A DNA stretch of 63,031 nucleotides, filler included, from Stramenopiles sp. TOSAG23-6 (GCA_900128565.1; 49 parts of 49 records of this genome joined end to end with filler, not necessarily neighbours in it); one strand, 5' to 3'; shown: positions 37,559 to 49,135, numbered from the whole stretch's first letter. Program-made: numbers and translations. Notes: generated by a model from the sequence alone, not told the origin.

Positions 37559-38551
37559 TCTCATTCTGTTTCTGTTGTGACTCTTCCAAATAGTATGACT
37601 ACACGAAATACTAATAATAATTTTTCCAGTAATACTAATAATAATCCTACTAATACTACTAATGATACATTTGTACATCTAAAAAATCAAACGACAACAA
37701 ACACCAATATAGAAAAAACACGACATATAGAAAAAACACGAAATATAGAAAAAATACGAAACAGTATTACTGTGTTTTCTATAAACAAATTATGGCATTT
37801 ATTATGGATAACAATTACAGAAGCTAGTCAACAATTATTACACATATGGCCTGTGCATACAGATAACATACTTTCAATGACACGAAAACCTGAAAAAACA
37901 AAAAGTCAAGTATCTCGGAATAGATTACCTTCTAAATGGTTCACAAATGATGAAAATGATGGGGAAGAGAACCCTAACCCTAACCCTAACCCTAGTGATG
38001 AAAATGAAAATGAAATTTTAAATATTTCAAATCTTGATACGACAGACAATACATCTACCATACATACACAAAACTCGTCCAAACCAAAAAGATTAGGGTT
38101 AGGGTGTGTACAGAATAATATTGAGTGTTCAGCATCAACAGAAGAAAAAAATTTTGAAAATATTTTTTTTGGAACATCTCCGACATCTCCGACATCTCCA
38201 AACTTTAAAAAACCTCCATTAGTTCCGAAAGTAAATACATTATCTTGTTCTTCTATAATAGGGTCAAAAAACAATACTATTTCTTCATCATCTACGATAG
38301 GGTTAGGGTTAAAAAAGGATAATATCGAAAATAGTAAAAATGATATTATTACAATTAACTCATTACAATTATTACTTCCAAAACCTCCGACAACAAAAGA
38401 ATATTATAGTAAGAATGATTCAACTGTAACGAGAAAACATAATGATATTATAAATACTACTACTAATAATAATAATAATAATAATGATAATACTACTATT
38501 AATAATAATAATAATAATGATACTACTACTACTAATAAAAAAACAATATAA
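37559..38551 (+). CDS. Asn/Thr-rich low-complexity C-terminus with in-frame telomere-like inserts
   Basis: Open frame; NPNPNPNP and LGLG segments; 30-nt repeat after the stop. Confidence 0.6.
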   Translation, partial: SHSVSVVTLPNSMTTRNTNNNFSSNTNNNPTNTTNDTFVHLKNQTTTNTNIEKTRHIEKTRNIEKIRNSITVFSINKLWHLLWITITEASQQLLHIWPVHTDNILSMTRKPEKTKSQVSRNRLPSKWFTNDENDGEENPNPNPNPSDENENEILNISNLDTTDNTSTIHTQNSSKPKRLGLGCVQNNIECSASTEEKNFENIFFGTSPTSPTSPNFKKPPLVPKVNTLSCSSIIGSKNNTISSSSTIGLGLKKDNIENSKNDIITINSLQLLLPKPPTTKEYYSKNDSTVTRKHNDIINTTTNNNNNNNDNTTINNNNNNDTTTTNKKTI

Positions 38552-38843
38552 AAATTGGGAAAAATAAAAAAACAATACAAAAATTGGGAAAAATAAAAAA
38601 ACAATATAAAAATTGGGAAAAATAAAAAAATAATGCATGCAAAATTGGGAAAAATAAAAAAACAACGCAAAAATTAGGAAAATTAAATCAACATTGATAT
38701 AAATATGGAAGTAATGAACCAATGAAGAAATTTCATTGCTGTGNNNNNNNNNNNNNNNNNNNNNNNNNNNNNNNNNNNNNNNNNNNNTTAATTAATTAAN
38801 NNNNNNNNNNNNNNNNNNNNNNNNNNNNNNNNNNNNNNNNNNN

Positions 38844-40027
38844 AGCCGAGGTTACAACTGTCCCTGAAGCTCCAGTATATACGCCGTCGACAATATTGAC
38901 CGGTTTTCCAATACTACACCAGTTACGTGAATCGATAGTATCACCTTGAGGAGGATTGGAGGAACTTGATTGTGACAAAACTACTTCTCTGATTGGAGTA
39001 CGCTTTGTTAACTCGTGTCTGTAGGAAATGTCAGTAGTATTTTGTATGTTTTTGATCTCATCTTTGGTGGATTTTTTTGTATTGTTTTTTATACTCAATA
39101 GTGCCAAAATAACAGGCAAAATAGACTGCTCGGCAAGTGATAAAGCTGATGGAACAGCTGGGATTTCGGCAATTGGGGATACTCTATTCACTGCAACACG
39201 CTGAGATACAGAAGTAAATGCAGATTCTATAGATCCAAATGCTACAACTACATGTGTCGCACCAGGAGTATACTGTAGTAGAGTTCCAGTGACGGGGGGT
39301 CTAGCATCCGATCTTACAGAAACTCGCCCACCTACACACAAATAATCACAATACCCGCCCAACACAGCTAATGCCGCGATCGAACGAGCCATTATAGGTT
39401 GCTCAAAATCACTTTTAGATCCCTCAGATGAGGCCGCCTTACTAGATTTTTCAGTGTCCTCGTCAATGCTACATTTTAAATTTTCATTTTGAATATACTC
39501 CCTGACATCAGCCAGCGCTTGCCGTATTGCACCTGTGACACGACGACGCCAATTTCGACTATTCATAAGAACTCTTAATAAATNNNNNNNNNNNNNNNNN
39601 NNNNNNNNNNNNNNNNNNNNNNNNNNNNNNNNNNNNNNNNNNNNNNNNNNNNNNNNNNNNNNNTTTATTAGTAGATTTCTCTGGGACTTGCACAAAAAGA
39701 GTCGATCCAATCGTAATTAAAGCCGAGTCAATTAATAAATCAAAATCATTTACAAGTTTCATGCCTCGCAATAGTGGGAGTGAAATTGGGGGAAGAATTG
39801 TTCGCAACAAACGTGATACCAGAAATCGATTACATGGTGATAGCCCGGGTAATGTTGTATTCTTAATGAGATATCCAAGAAACACAGGATTTGCAAATTG
39901 TGCCTGGGCCGCTTTTAAATTACTTACTGTCACTGCAAAACGTAATAATTTCCTCAAATATGCATTAATTGAAAATGGATTAATAATCAATAAATCCTGG
40001 CCTGTTCCAATGCTTTCATCAATTACT
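38844..40027 (-). CDS. Fragment of a giant HECTD4/HERC2-like E3 ligase
   Basis: ARSIAALAVLGG..LCVGGRV..GTL..VVVAF resembles a block shared by HERC2/HECTD4. Confidence 0.55.
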
Positions 40028-40197
40028 NNNNNNNNNNNNNNNNNNNNNNNNNNNNNNNNNNNNNNNNNNNNTTAATTAATTAANNNNNNNNNNNNNNNNN
40101 NNNNNNNNNNNNNNNNNNNNNNNNNNNTTTTTTCGTACGAAATTTTGTACCTAACAATTTTTTTAGAATTTTTTTGAAATATATTTCCAAAATACAT

Positions 40198-40368
40198 GCT
40201 GTTTGTCCTTACTCTGCTTCAGAAGAATTTATGAGTCGTGTTACATTGGTTGACGATAAAAATCTTGTCAGCATGAAAAATGGGTTGCATGATTTAGTGA
40301 CTAATTGCAATACTGAACTTGCAGACAAAATATTTGATTGGATTAAACCTCGACTCGTTAAAAAATAA
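40198..40368 (+). CDS. Alpha/beta hydrolase (monoglyceride-lipase-like) last exon
   Basis: AVCPYSASEEF..DK.L..NGLHDL..IFDWI..RL. Confidence 0.7.
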   Translation, partial: AVCPYSASEEFMSRVTLVDDKNLVSMKNGLHDLVTNCNTELADKIFDWIKPRLVKK

Positions 40369-40525
40369 AAAAAATTCTTTCCCCTGGTACCCGGTAATAT
40401 ATTTTGTGCATAAAATTATTATTATCAGATCTCGTGTAACACGTGTTGTAGTGGCAGTTTTCAGTTTAGTTTCTTCCAAATCAAGTAGTCCATCGAAAGT
40501 AATAATTTCCACAAGCAATAAAAGT

Positions 40526-41218
40526 ATGTTTTCTTCGACGTTTTCTACAGTACTTCGCGGGGGAACCATTGCATGTAGGCAGTCATCAATTAGGAACTCT
40601 GTCGTTCGTTCTTTGGGTTCCAACGCAGCAGCTGCTGCTTCATCTACTTTTGAGGGCAAGGTTCCAGCTAAACTAGTCAAAGACTTACGCGAGCGCACAG
40701 GTGCCCCACTTTTGGAGTGTCGTAATGCCCTTCGTGAAGGAAATCTTGAAATTCAGGCTGCTGTGGAATATTTACGAAAAATTGGAATGGCAACTGCAGC
40801 GAAAAAAGCTGGGCGTACGACGAGTGAAGGTCTTGTTGGTGTGATGCTTTCTGACTGTGAGACGACTGCGGTGTCGGTTGAAGTCAATAGTGAGACCGAC
40901 TTTGTATCTCGAAATGAATTATTCCAAAATCTTGTTGACTCAATCACAACAAGTGCGCTTATATCTACTACTATTGCTCCAACGTGTGACAGTGGTGAAT
41001 TAGAAAAGCCACAGGATAAAGTTTCTAACTTTATCAAATCAACTTTTTATAGTGTATCTGGAGAAGAGTCAAAAGATTCGATCGAGTCGCAACTGAAAGA
41101 GGCTGTTGCAACACTTGGTGAAAACCTTACTATAAGTCGCGTATCGAAAATTGCTGTTAATGATCCTTTAGCTGCAGGATCCGCATCGAAACCAGGGACT
41201 CTTGGTATCTATGTTCAT
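40526..41218 (+). CDS. TSFM: Mitochondrial elongation factor Ts (partial)
   Basis: Transit peptide; LVKDLRERTGAPLLECRNAL, AAKKAGR..EG, VEVNSETDFVSRN, LGENL, GIYVH|GTATGT. Confidence 0.95.
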
Positions 41219-41526
41219 GTATGTAGCCCTAACCCTAATCATGAATTTCGAATGTAATATTTTACTATGAAAATTTTGTACCTAACAATTTTTGTAACCA
41301 ATTTCGATTNNNNNNNNNNNNNNNNNNNNNNNNNNNNNNNNNNNNNNNNNNNNTTAATTAATTAANNNNNNNNNNNNNNNNNNNNNNNNNNNNNNNNNNN
41401 NNNNNNNNNTTTTTTTTTTATTTTAAAAAAAAAAATTTTTGGTAAAAATTTTTTTTTTCCGTAAAAAAAAAAAAAAAATTCAATTTCAATTTCAATTTCA
41501 AAATTAAAAAAAAAATAAAAACATAC

Positions 41527-42591
41527 ATTTTTATAACATTGACAATTGCATCTAGAACTTCATTGGCTGCCCAAGGATTGACATTTACAGCACCATTGAG
41601 AACTCGGCTACATATCTTTTGAAATAATATTTTTTTTTTTCATACAACTTTTGTTAGGTCGATATTAAAAAAAAGTTTAAAATTTTTTTTTTTTTTAAAT
41701 TAGGGTTAGGGGTAAAAAATTCAATTTTGAAAACGTACATCCAGAGAATTGACTTACAATGACTACTCCATTAGTATTAGTATGCACATATTCTAATGGT
41801 AATAAATTAAAAGATTCACGCACAGATGTTGTGATAAGCGCATCAGCTGCTAAATAATAAGAAATTCTTTCTTCCATCTCGAGAGAATTCACTTCAATAA
41901 ATTCAATTGTACATAAAGTATGAAAAAATATTTCAAAAAAAATCTAAAAAATTCTGTTAGGTACAAAATTTCGTATGAAAATTAAAAAAAAAATTCAATA
42001 CATTTAATTGTACCTGGGCAAATATCATTTGTTTCCTTTTGTAATTTGAGTATTTCAGTTCTTGTTTCACCAATACGTTTTTTATTTGCATCAATTCCAG
42101 ACCTAGTTGTTAGACCAATTTGTACCAAAGCTACTTTTTCATGTAACTGAGGGTATGTATTGTGAATTTTTTTTTTTTTTTTTTTTTTAAAAAAAAATCG
42201 TTAGGTACAAAATTTCGTATGAAAAAAAATTTTTTTTTTTTAAAATAATAATAATTGTACAAACATACATTGTTCTAACATTGATTTGAATGCTAATAAT
42301 TTAAATGGAATTCCTCTAATTCTTGTTAATTCATCAATGCCTAAAAATAAAAACTTTTTCTTATGTCTTTGTAAAACTTCCTCAACATTATCCTGTGGTT
42401 TTGAATGTATGTATTTATTCAATATGGAAGGTTCAATTCCTGGATGGGATATGAATTGTGAAAAAAAAAATGTCAAAATTTTTTCAAAAAATTTGTTAGG
42501 TACAAAATTTACTACAAAAAAAAAAAAATTTGAAATTCATGATGAAAATCTACACCGTAATTGTGACGTCACGACCTTGCATGTGAACCTT
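41527..42591 (-). CDS. TPS: Trehalose-6-phosphate synthase (GT20), 5 exons; four GT-AT introns
   Basis: V|SHPGI, LGIDEL..RGIPFKLLAF..LEQ|YPQLHEKVALVQI, AADALITTSVRESFNLLPLEY, VSQFSG|CSRVLNGAVNVNPW; introns 42451-42553, 42155-42268, 41913-42001(or 42013), 41612-41738. Confidence 0.92.
41612..41738 (-). mobile_element. Introner-family intron, GT-AT; neighbouring AGs are out of frame
   Basis: gga t|GTACGT..CCTAAC..AAAAGATAT|gt agc cga; AG 4 nt upstream or 4 nt downstream breaks the frame. Confidence 0.88.
42155..42268 (-). mobile_element. Introner-family intron, GT-AT
   Basis: caa t|GTATGT..CATACGAAATTTTGTACCTAAC..CACAATACAT|ac cct cag. Confidence 0.9.
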
Positions 42592-42691
42592 NNNNNNNNN
42601 NNNNNNNNNNNNNNNNNNNNNNNNNNNNNNNNNNNTTAATTAATTAANNNNNNNNNNNNNNNNNNNNNNNNNNNNNNNNNNNNNNNNNNNN

Positions 42692-43873
42692 CTGTATTTC
42701 CTGGGGTTTTTATAGTATTTACAAAAAATGATTGAAAAAATAATTTCAATTTTTTCAAGACTTTTCTATTTGTTGGTGGCTGTTCACATTGACTTAAACT
42801 AAAATCCACTTCTATGAGAGAAGATTCATTCAACTTTGTAGCTGTAACAAAGCGCACGATATCAGGAAGGGTAGAATTTTCTACTTCACTTTTAGCATCT
42901 TGGATAATTTTGTGTGATCTGTTTTTCCTAGTTGTTCTACACATTGTAATCCTTTTATGATGATGAGCCTATCTATTGAGCTTTCACAAAACTCTATAAT
43001 ATGATTAATCCAATCTAGGAGAAGAATTGAAGGTAAATACTGTACCCCTGGATGGCTAAATAATGCAATTATAATATCAAGTCCGAGATGTACGATCTTT
43101 TTGTCTGAACTAGAACAATTTTCAAGTAATTTATCTATGATCCCTTTTTTCATTAGGGACATATTCACTTGTGGAGTGCAAACAACGATATTATAGAGGA
43201 AACCGAGAGAATATAACAAAATAATTCTTTGCTTTTCTTTGCTACATGCTAAAAGAATCTCATTAATTCCCGGCATTGTGGAAATTTCGTCACATTNNNN
43301 NNNNNNNNNNNNNNNNNNNNNNNNNNNNNNNNNNNNNNNNNNNNNNNNNNNNNNNNNNNNNNNNNNNNNNNNNNNNNNNNNNNNNNNNNNNNNNNNNNNN
43401 NNNNNNNNNNNNNNNNNNNNNNNNNNNNNNNNNNNNNNNNNNNNNNNNNNNAAGAAGTTAGAACCGTATTACACGTATTGACATCTATATGTTGCAGTAA
43501 TAATGTAATTAAACCATGTTCGACAAGGTCTTTTGAAAAACTCCCCTCTTTGAAGCAAATATATGCTAATGCTGTTGATATTTCAACCAACAGTTTTGTA
43601 TTAGTTGAATCTTTCAGAGTTTCCAATAACAGAAAGTGCCCATTCGAATGCATAAAATCTACTGAAGTTAGAACCGTATTACACGTATTGACATCTATAT
43701 GTTGCAGTAATAATGTAATTAAACCATGTTCGACAAGGTCTTTTGAAAAACTCCCCTCTTTGAAGCAAATATATGCTAATGCTGTTGATATTTCAACCAA
43801 CAGTTTTGTATTAGTTGAATCTTTCAGAGTTTCCAATAACAGAAAGTGCCCATTCGAATGCATAAAATCTACT
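42692..43873 (-). CDS. Armadillo-repeat-like protein fragment (210-nt exact duplication, gap, frame break)
   Basis: ALAYICF..LVEHGLITLL; SLGFLYNI..KKGIIDKLL. Confidence 0.55.
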
Positions 43874-44028
43874 NNNNNNNNNNNNNNNNNNNNNNNNNNN
43901 NNNNNNNNNNNNNNNNNTTAATTAATTAANNNNNNNNNNNNNNNNNNNNNNNNNNNNNNNNNNNNNNNNNNNNTCGTACGAAATTTTGTACCTAACAAAT
44001 TTCGAATTTAATTTTTTTTACAATACAT

Positions 44029-45094
44029 GCTCAAAGTACCTGTCCAATCTCCGATTATTTCAAAGACTGGAATTGACTTTATATCTGCAATGAAAAATAC
44101 GGCACAATTAAGTTTTGATTTGTTTTTGAATGAAATGGAAAATGATCCAAAATCAACAAATAGTGAAAAAAATGACAAAACTGAAAAAAATGAGCATTAT
44201 CAGAGTTTTCTATTATATTTAGTAAATATCAAATTACTTTGGTTCTTTGCATCTCTGCCATTGCATGTATCTTTTATTTTTTTCAATTTTTTTCCTAAAT
44301 TTGTTTTTCGTACGAAATTCCGTACCTAACAAATTTTACAATTTTTTTTTTTTTCACAATACATGGTGGTTCCTTTTCTATAATGATTGAAAAAGTACTG
44401 ACTTATGCAAGAACAATTTTATTGTATATTGTACTTTCACCAAAAGATGATATTTTGGATAATTTTAATAATTTGAATATACCAGAAGATATATTTTCGT
44501 TTATTTGTAATTTAGCTCAATTATGTTTTGATAATGAATTTGTATACAAAGTAACCAATGATGAAATGAGAATGCTTGAAGTTCTTAAAAAACAGATACA
44601 ATTAGAAGTAGAAGCAAATGAGAAAAAAACGAAAAAAACCTTGACATTAGCAAAAATATTGGTACTTGGTTCTTACATACCTTTACATATCCTTCCTTTC
44701 GCATCACAATTAGAATTTTCGTATAAATATTTGGTACAAAATATGAGAGAATCTCCTAATATTCGTGAAAATACCGAAATATTTCAATCGATGAATATGT
44801 ATGTTTTATTTTTTTTCAATTTCTAATTTATTTTTTTTTTTTATAAAAATTTTGTACCTAACAAATTTTCAAAAATTTTTTTTTGAAATATTTTTCCAAA
44901 ATACATCATAAATGAACAATTACTATATCCCAGAATTCAAGCCAAAATAAAAAAGTCAATTCAAACAGAACGAAATACAACGAAATTATTTTTCGCGGAA
45001 GAAAATGAGAATAAAAAAAACAAAAGTATTTCTGAAATTGTTCGCCAGCAGTATGAAGAGAACCCATATCCAAGATGGAAATCACTCTATGGAT
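44029..45094 (+). CDS. TPR/class-I SAM-methyltransferase-type protein; GT-AT introns 44267-44364, 44799-44906
   Basis: IEKVLTYAR, LAQLCFDNEFVY, SEIVRQQYEENPYPRW after splicing. Confidence 0.75.
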
Positions 45095-45254
45095 GTATGT
45101 TTTTCATACGAAATTTTGTACCTAACAATTTTTTTTTTTTTTTTTTTTTTTTTTNNNNNNNNNNNNNNNNNNNNNNNNNNNNNNNNNNNNNNNNNNNNTT
45201 AATTAATTAANNNNNNNNNNNNNNNNNNNNNNNNNNNNNNNNNNNNNNNNNNNN

Positions 45255-45398
45255 CATTATTGTGCTGCGTGTGAGACAAATAATTGTAATATCTTTATGA
45301 GCTGGGGTGCTCTCCGAGGTATGCCTTCAATGTCATCAACAGCTACCCCTGTATTATTATTGGCTGTATTTGGGTTAGCATTTGTTTTGACGGTATGA
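45255..45398 (+). CDS. C-terminus of Ly6/uPAR-like, probably GPI-anchored protein (not in ORF track)
   Basis: HYCAACETNNCNIFMSWGALRGMPSMSSTATPVLLLAVFGLAFVLTV*. Confidence 0.55.
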   Translation, partial: HYCAACETNNCNIFMSWGALRGMPSMSSTATPVLLLAVFGLAFVLTV

Positions 45399-45820
45399 CT
45401 TTCAGAAAATCATTTATTGTATTTCCAAAATTGATATTTTCTCTGTGTATTTAAAAAACAATGCACTCGGAGATTGATGGAAATTTTTATGTATTTATAA
45501 CACAAGAACAATCAAAATTGAATTTTATCATTAAAAAGTGTTTATTCGTTTATTCAGTAAAAATATGTTTTCACTTGTAGTACAAAATTTTCTTACAAAA
45601 TTTAAAAAAATATGTTTTTAACGTATAGTACAAAATTTTCTCTCAAAATTTAAAAAGAGTGTTTATCTTTATTTTATGAAGAAAAAAAGTCCGTTTTATA
45701 TTATTTTCAACGCAGATTTTATTTTGTCACATAATTGGTACATTTCCACAAGCAATATAAATTTAATTTCATTAACAAAACAGTAATTTCGAGTTATCTC
45801 CACAATAATAGTAATCTTTG

Positions 45821-46382
45821 TTAAGAATTTTGAAGTAACTTTTATTTATTAATCTTTTTTGTTAGGTACTAAATTTCGTATGAAAAAACATTTATCATTT
45901 TAGCATATTTTCAATTTTTGTTGGAGACACAAGTTGAAGCCAACTGGTTCAACATCTTCTGCGCTGCTGACAGTTTCGATTGCCAATTTTCTATTTCTTT
46001 TGAATCGTTTTGAGAATCTCCTTGGATGACTGCTTGATTAAGCTTAGGGTTAATAGTCAAGTGCATCATACACCACCGTATGTCTCGTTCAGCTCGTCGA
46101 GTTCTATACAAAAGTTCTTGATTCGAATTCATTCCTGAAGGCAAACCATCCCCGGGAGGTATTTCTGGGCATTTTAATCTTGTTTTAGCACCATCAACTT
46201 CAATTCTATTAATTATATTACTCAATTGAGATCTTTTTTTTGCTTTCTCAAGTTGGACCAAAGCATCAGCAAAGCTTGGTGATTGTGCAGCTACAATAGA
46301 CAAAATCCAAGGATATTTTGTTTCCACATCTTTAAAAGGATCCAAGTCTTTCTTTGGTGGCAATAATACACAATCAAGAATC
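45821..46382 (-). CDS. Hypothetical protein C-terminus; probable intron 45823-45930 splitting the TAA stop
   Basis: act t|GTGTCT..CATACGAAATTTAGTACCTAAC..AATTCTT|aa. Confidence 0.5.
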
Positions 46383-46534
46383 ATGTATTTTGGAAAAATA
46401 TTTCAAAAAAAATCGTTAGGTACAAAATTTCGTANNNNNNNNNNNNNNNNNNNNNNNNNNNNNNNNNNNNNNNNNNNNTTAATTAATTAANNNNNNNNNN
46501 NNNNNNNNNNNNNNNNNNNNNNNNNNNNNNNNNN

Positions 46535-47714
46535 GAAGTACGCAGGCTGGCGTTTTGAACAAAGCGATAGATAAAAAAGACTCAAAGTATGTTCTGAAGA
46601 GATCGTCGGTAGCTTCAGATAGCACCAGGAGTACTCAAAAGTTGGATGAGACACCGAATACTCTTGTGCGGACAGCACCAGAGGTAAAAAGTAGACGTAC
46701 TCTTGATAACCTCTTAGAAGAGTTTAAGGCTGAAAAAGCAGTGGAAAAAGCAGTTGAAACTGATCCAGACTTTCATAAAAATATATTCATTCGTCGCATT
46801 GACCCAGATTCTACTGAAGAAATAATCTACGATGTATTTGATGAATATGGAGATGTAAAAAGCGTTAAAGTCATGTGGCCTCGCACCGATAAAGAAAGGT
46901 CACGTGGCTATAACACTGCGTTTGTTCGATTTAATACTAGAACTAGCGCTGAAGCAGCATTTTATGGTTTGAATGGATCTAAACGTCTTGGTCGCATTCT
47001 TAATCTATGTTGGGTAAAACCTCGGAAAAGCAATGCATATAGTAGTGAATATTCTCGACCTGGCAAAGACCAAACACAAATATCAGGTGTAAGATCAAGT
47101 ACAATACAACAAACAAACCTAAACCCTAGTAGTATATCTCTTGGATCAAATATCACTTCAGAAAGTAATACTTCAAATATCAATTTAGAAAGTAATACAA
47201 TAGATGGAGTATCGAATCCGAGTGAACAAATTTCGACTTCACATGTAGATAGAATTGCAGCTATTGCAGNNNNNNNNNNNNNNNNNNNNNNNNNNNNNNN
47301 NNNNNNNNNNNNNNNNNNNNNNNNNNNNNNNNNNNNNNNNNNNNNNNNNNNNNNNNNNNNNNNNNNNNNNNNNNNNNNNNNNNNNNNNNNNNNNNNNNNN
47401 NNGTATAAACGTTGCAATTATGGTATCTCGACCTCGGGATGAAAGAAAAGCTTCAATTATTGAACATCTTGCAAACTTTGTTGCTTCTGATGGTGAAAAA
47501 TTTGAATCTGAAATTATTCGACAAGAATTTCCACGCCATCTAGCCGCAATAAATAACTCTGAAACAGGATCAAACGACTTTGATTTTCTTTTTAATATAG
47601 GTTCGGAGGCTAATTTGTTTTATAGATGGTGTGTATTTTCCAAAACTATTCGTAATGTGAAATCGTGTGTTGGTGGTGATGTTATGAAGAAAAATGATAA
47701 TAATTCATATGAAG
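46535..47714 (+). CDS. U2SURP: U2 snRNP-associated SURP/RRM protein (SR140)
   Basis: YGDVKSVKVMWPRTDKERSR..NTAFV.F; SURP IIEHLANFVASDG.KFE..F.FLF..FYRW. Confidence 0.9.
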
Positions 47715-47814
47715 NNNNNNNNNNNNNNNNNNNNNNNNNNNNNNNNNNNNNNNNNNNNTTAATTAATTAANNNNNNNNNNNNNNNNNNNNNNNNNNNNNN
47801 NNNNNNNNNNNNNN

Positions 47815-48600
47815 TTGCTTTGACTCCACTGGAACTGCCACACTTTGCTTTGACTCCACTGGAACTGCCACACTTTGCTTTGACTCCACTGGAACTTCCA
47901 CACTTTGCTTTGACTCCATTTGTGGCAATAAACCCCAATCAAAAGTTCCATCCGAAACATTTCGATTATAATGAAGCCAAATTCCACATGAAGGAACATT
48001 TGGTACAATATTAATTTCAAATGAAATAGGAGAAATACTTAAAAGTCTCATGTCATCATCAAGTATAGCTTGAAGAGCTTCAACCTCTTGCTTTTGTATT
48101 TGATTTTTAATTGCTGATATTGACAATTTTGAACTGCAATCAGTTTTTTCATATTCTTTTGATGAAACTATACTGTTATCATTCAGGTAACTATCTATGG
48201 GTGAAACTATTATGCTATTATTATCATCAACTACGGGTGAAAGTATTATTCTATTATTATTATCATCTATAATTGGCGAAACAAGCGCAGGTGATGGAAC
48301 TACCACTGGAACCGACGCATTGGGATTACTTGCCAAAGGTGTATAACTATTATTATCAGCCAAATTGTTTATATCTCTATCTAAAACAGGAGAATACAAT
48401 TCTTTCTTCAATTCGTTACATAACTTTATGACATCTTCTTCAGTAGAACAAACATCGGCTGATAGAAACAACTGCGGTACAGCTCCATCTCTTTCTAAAT
48501 GAGATTCATCATCTTCAAGTAATCCAAGTATATAGTCTATAAGCTCACTATCCAGTAAAATCGATCTTTTTGATAAAAAGGAATCAAACAATTCACGCAT
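47815..48600 (-). CDS. RWD-domain-like protein with 30-nt C-terminal repeats
   Basis: QKQEVEALQAILDDD; (VPVESKQSVA)n. Confidence 0.55.
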
Positions 48601-48803
48601 CGACAGTCAATATTATATCTCAAGAGAAACACAAAGTAGGGTGTAATGAATAAATAAAAAAAAAGTTGACCGAAGGAACTCAAAATATTTTTTTCACCCA
48701 CGAAATCGAAATGTGGTACCCGGTACCATTTTTTTCCAAAAAAAAAATATTTTTTCATTTCGAAAAAAAAAAAAAAAAAAAAAAAGTTTATATGGATGCT
48801 TTC

Positions 48804-48899
48804 AGTCCTGCCTGGGAGTCGAACCCAGAATCTCTTGCTCACTTCTAAAGTACTTCCTTAAACCGAAGGCAAGCGCCTTATCCATTGGGCCAACAGGAC
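48804..48899 (-). tRNA. tRNA-Arg(TCG) with 23-nt intron (48840-48862)
   Basis: GTCCTGT/GCAGGAC acceptor, TGGCCCAATGGATAAGGC D-arm, CTTGC-CT-TCG-G^A-GCAAG, CTGGG-TTCGACT-CCCAG. Confidence 0.95.
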
Positions 48900-48938
48900 A
48901 CATGTTCAAAGGCAAATTCGAAGTATTTAAACAACATT

Positions 48939-48993
<55 letters not shown>

Positions 48994-49135
48994 NNNNNNN
49001 NNNNNNNNNNNNNNNNNNNNNNNNNNNNNNNNNNNNNTTAATTAATTAANNNNNNNNNNNNNNNNNNNNNNNNNNNNNNNNNNNNNNNNNNNNTAACAAA
49101 AATATTACAAAAAAAAAATATTTTTCAAAATACAT

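Noticed and set aside
43453-43873. 210-nt exact duplication (also 59310-59531 versus 59674-59895)
   Set aside because: Exact copies abutting scaffold gaps: gap-filling artefacts
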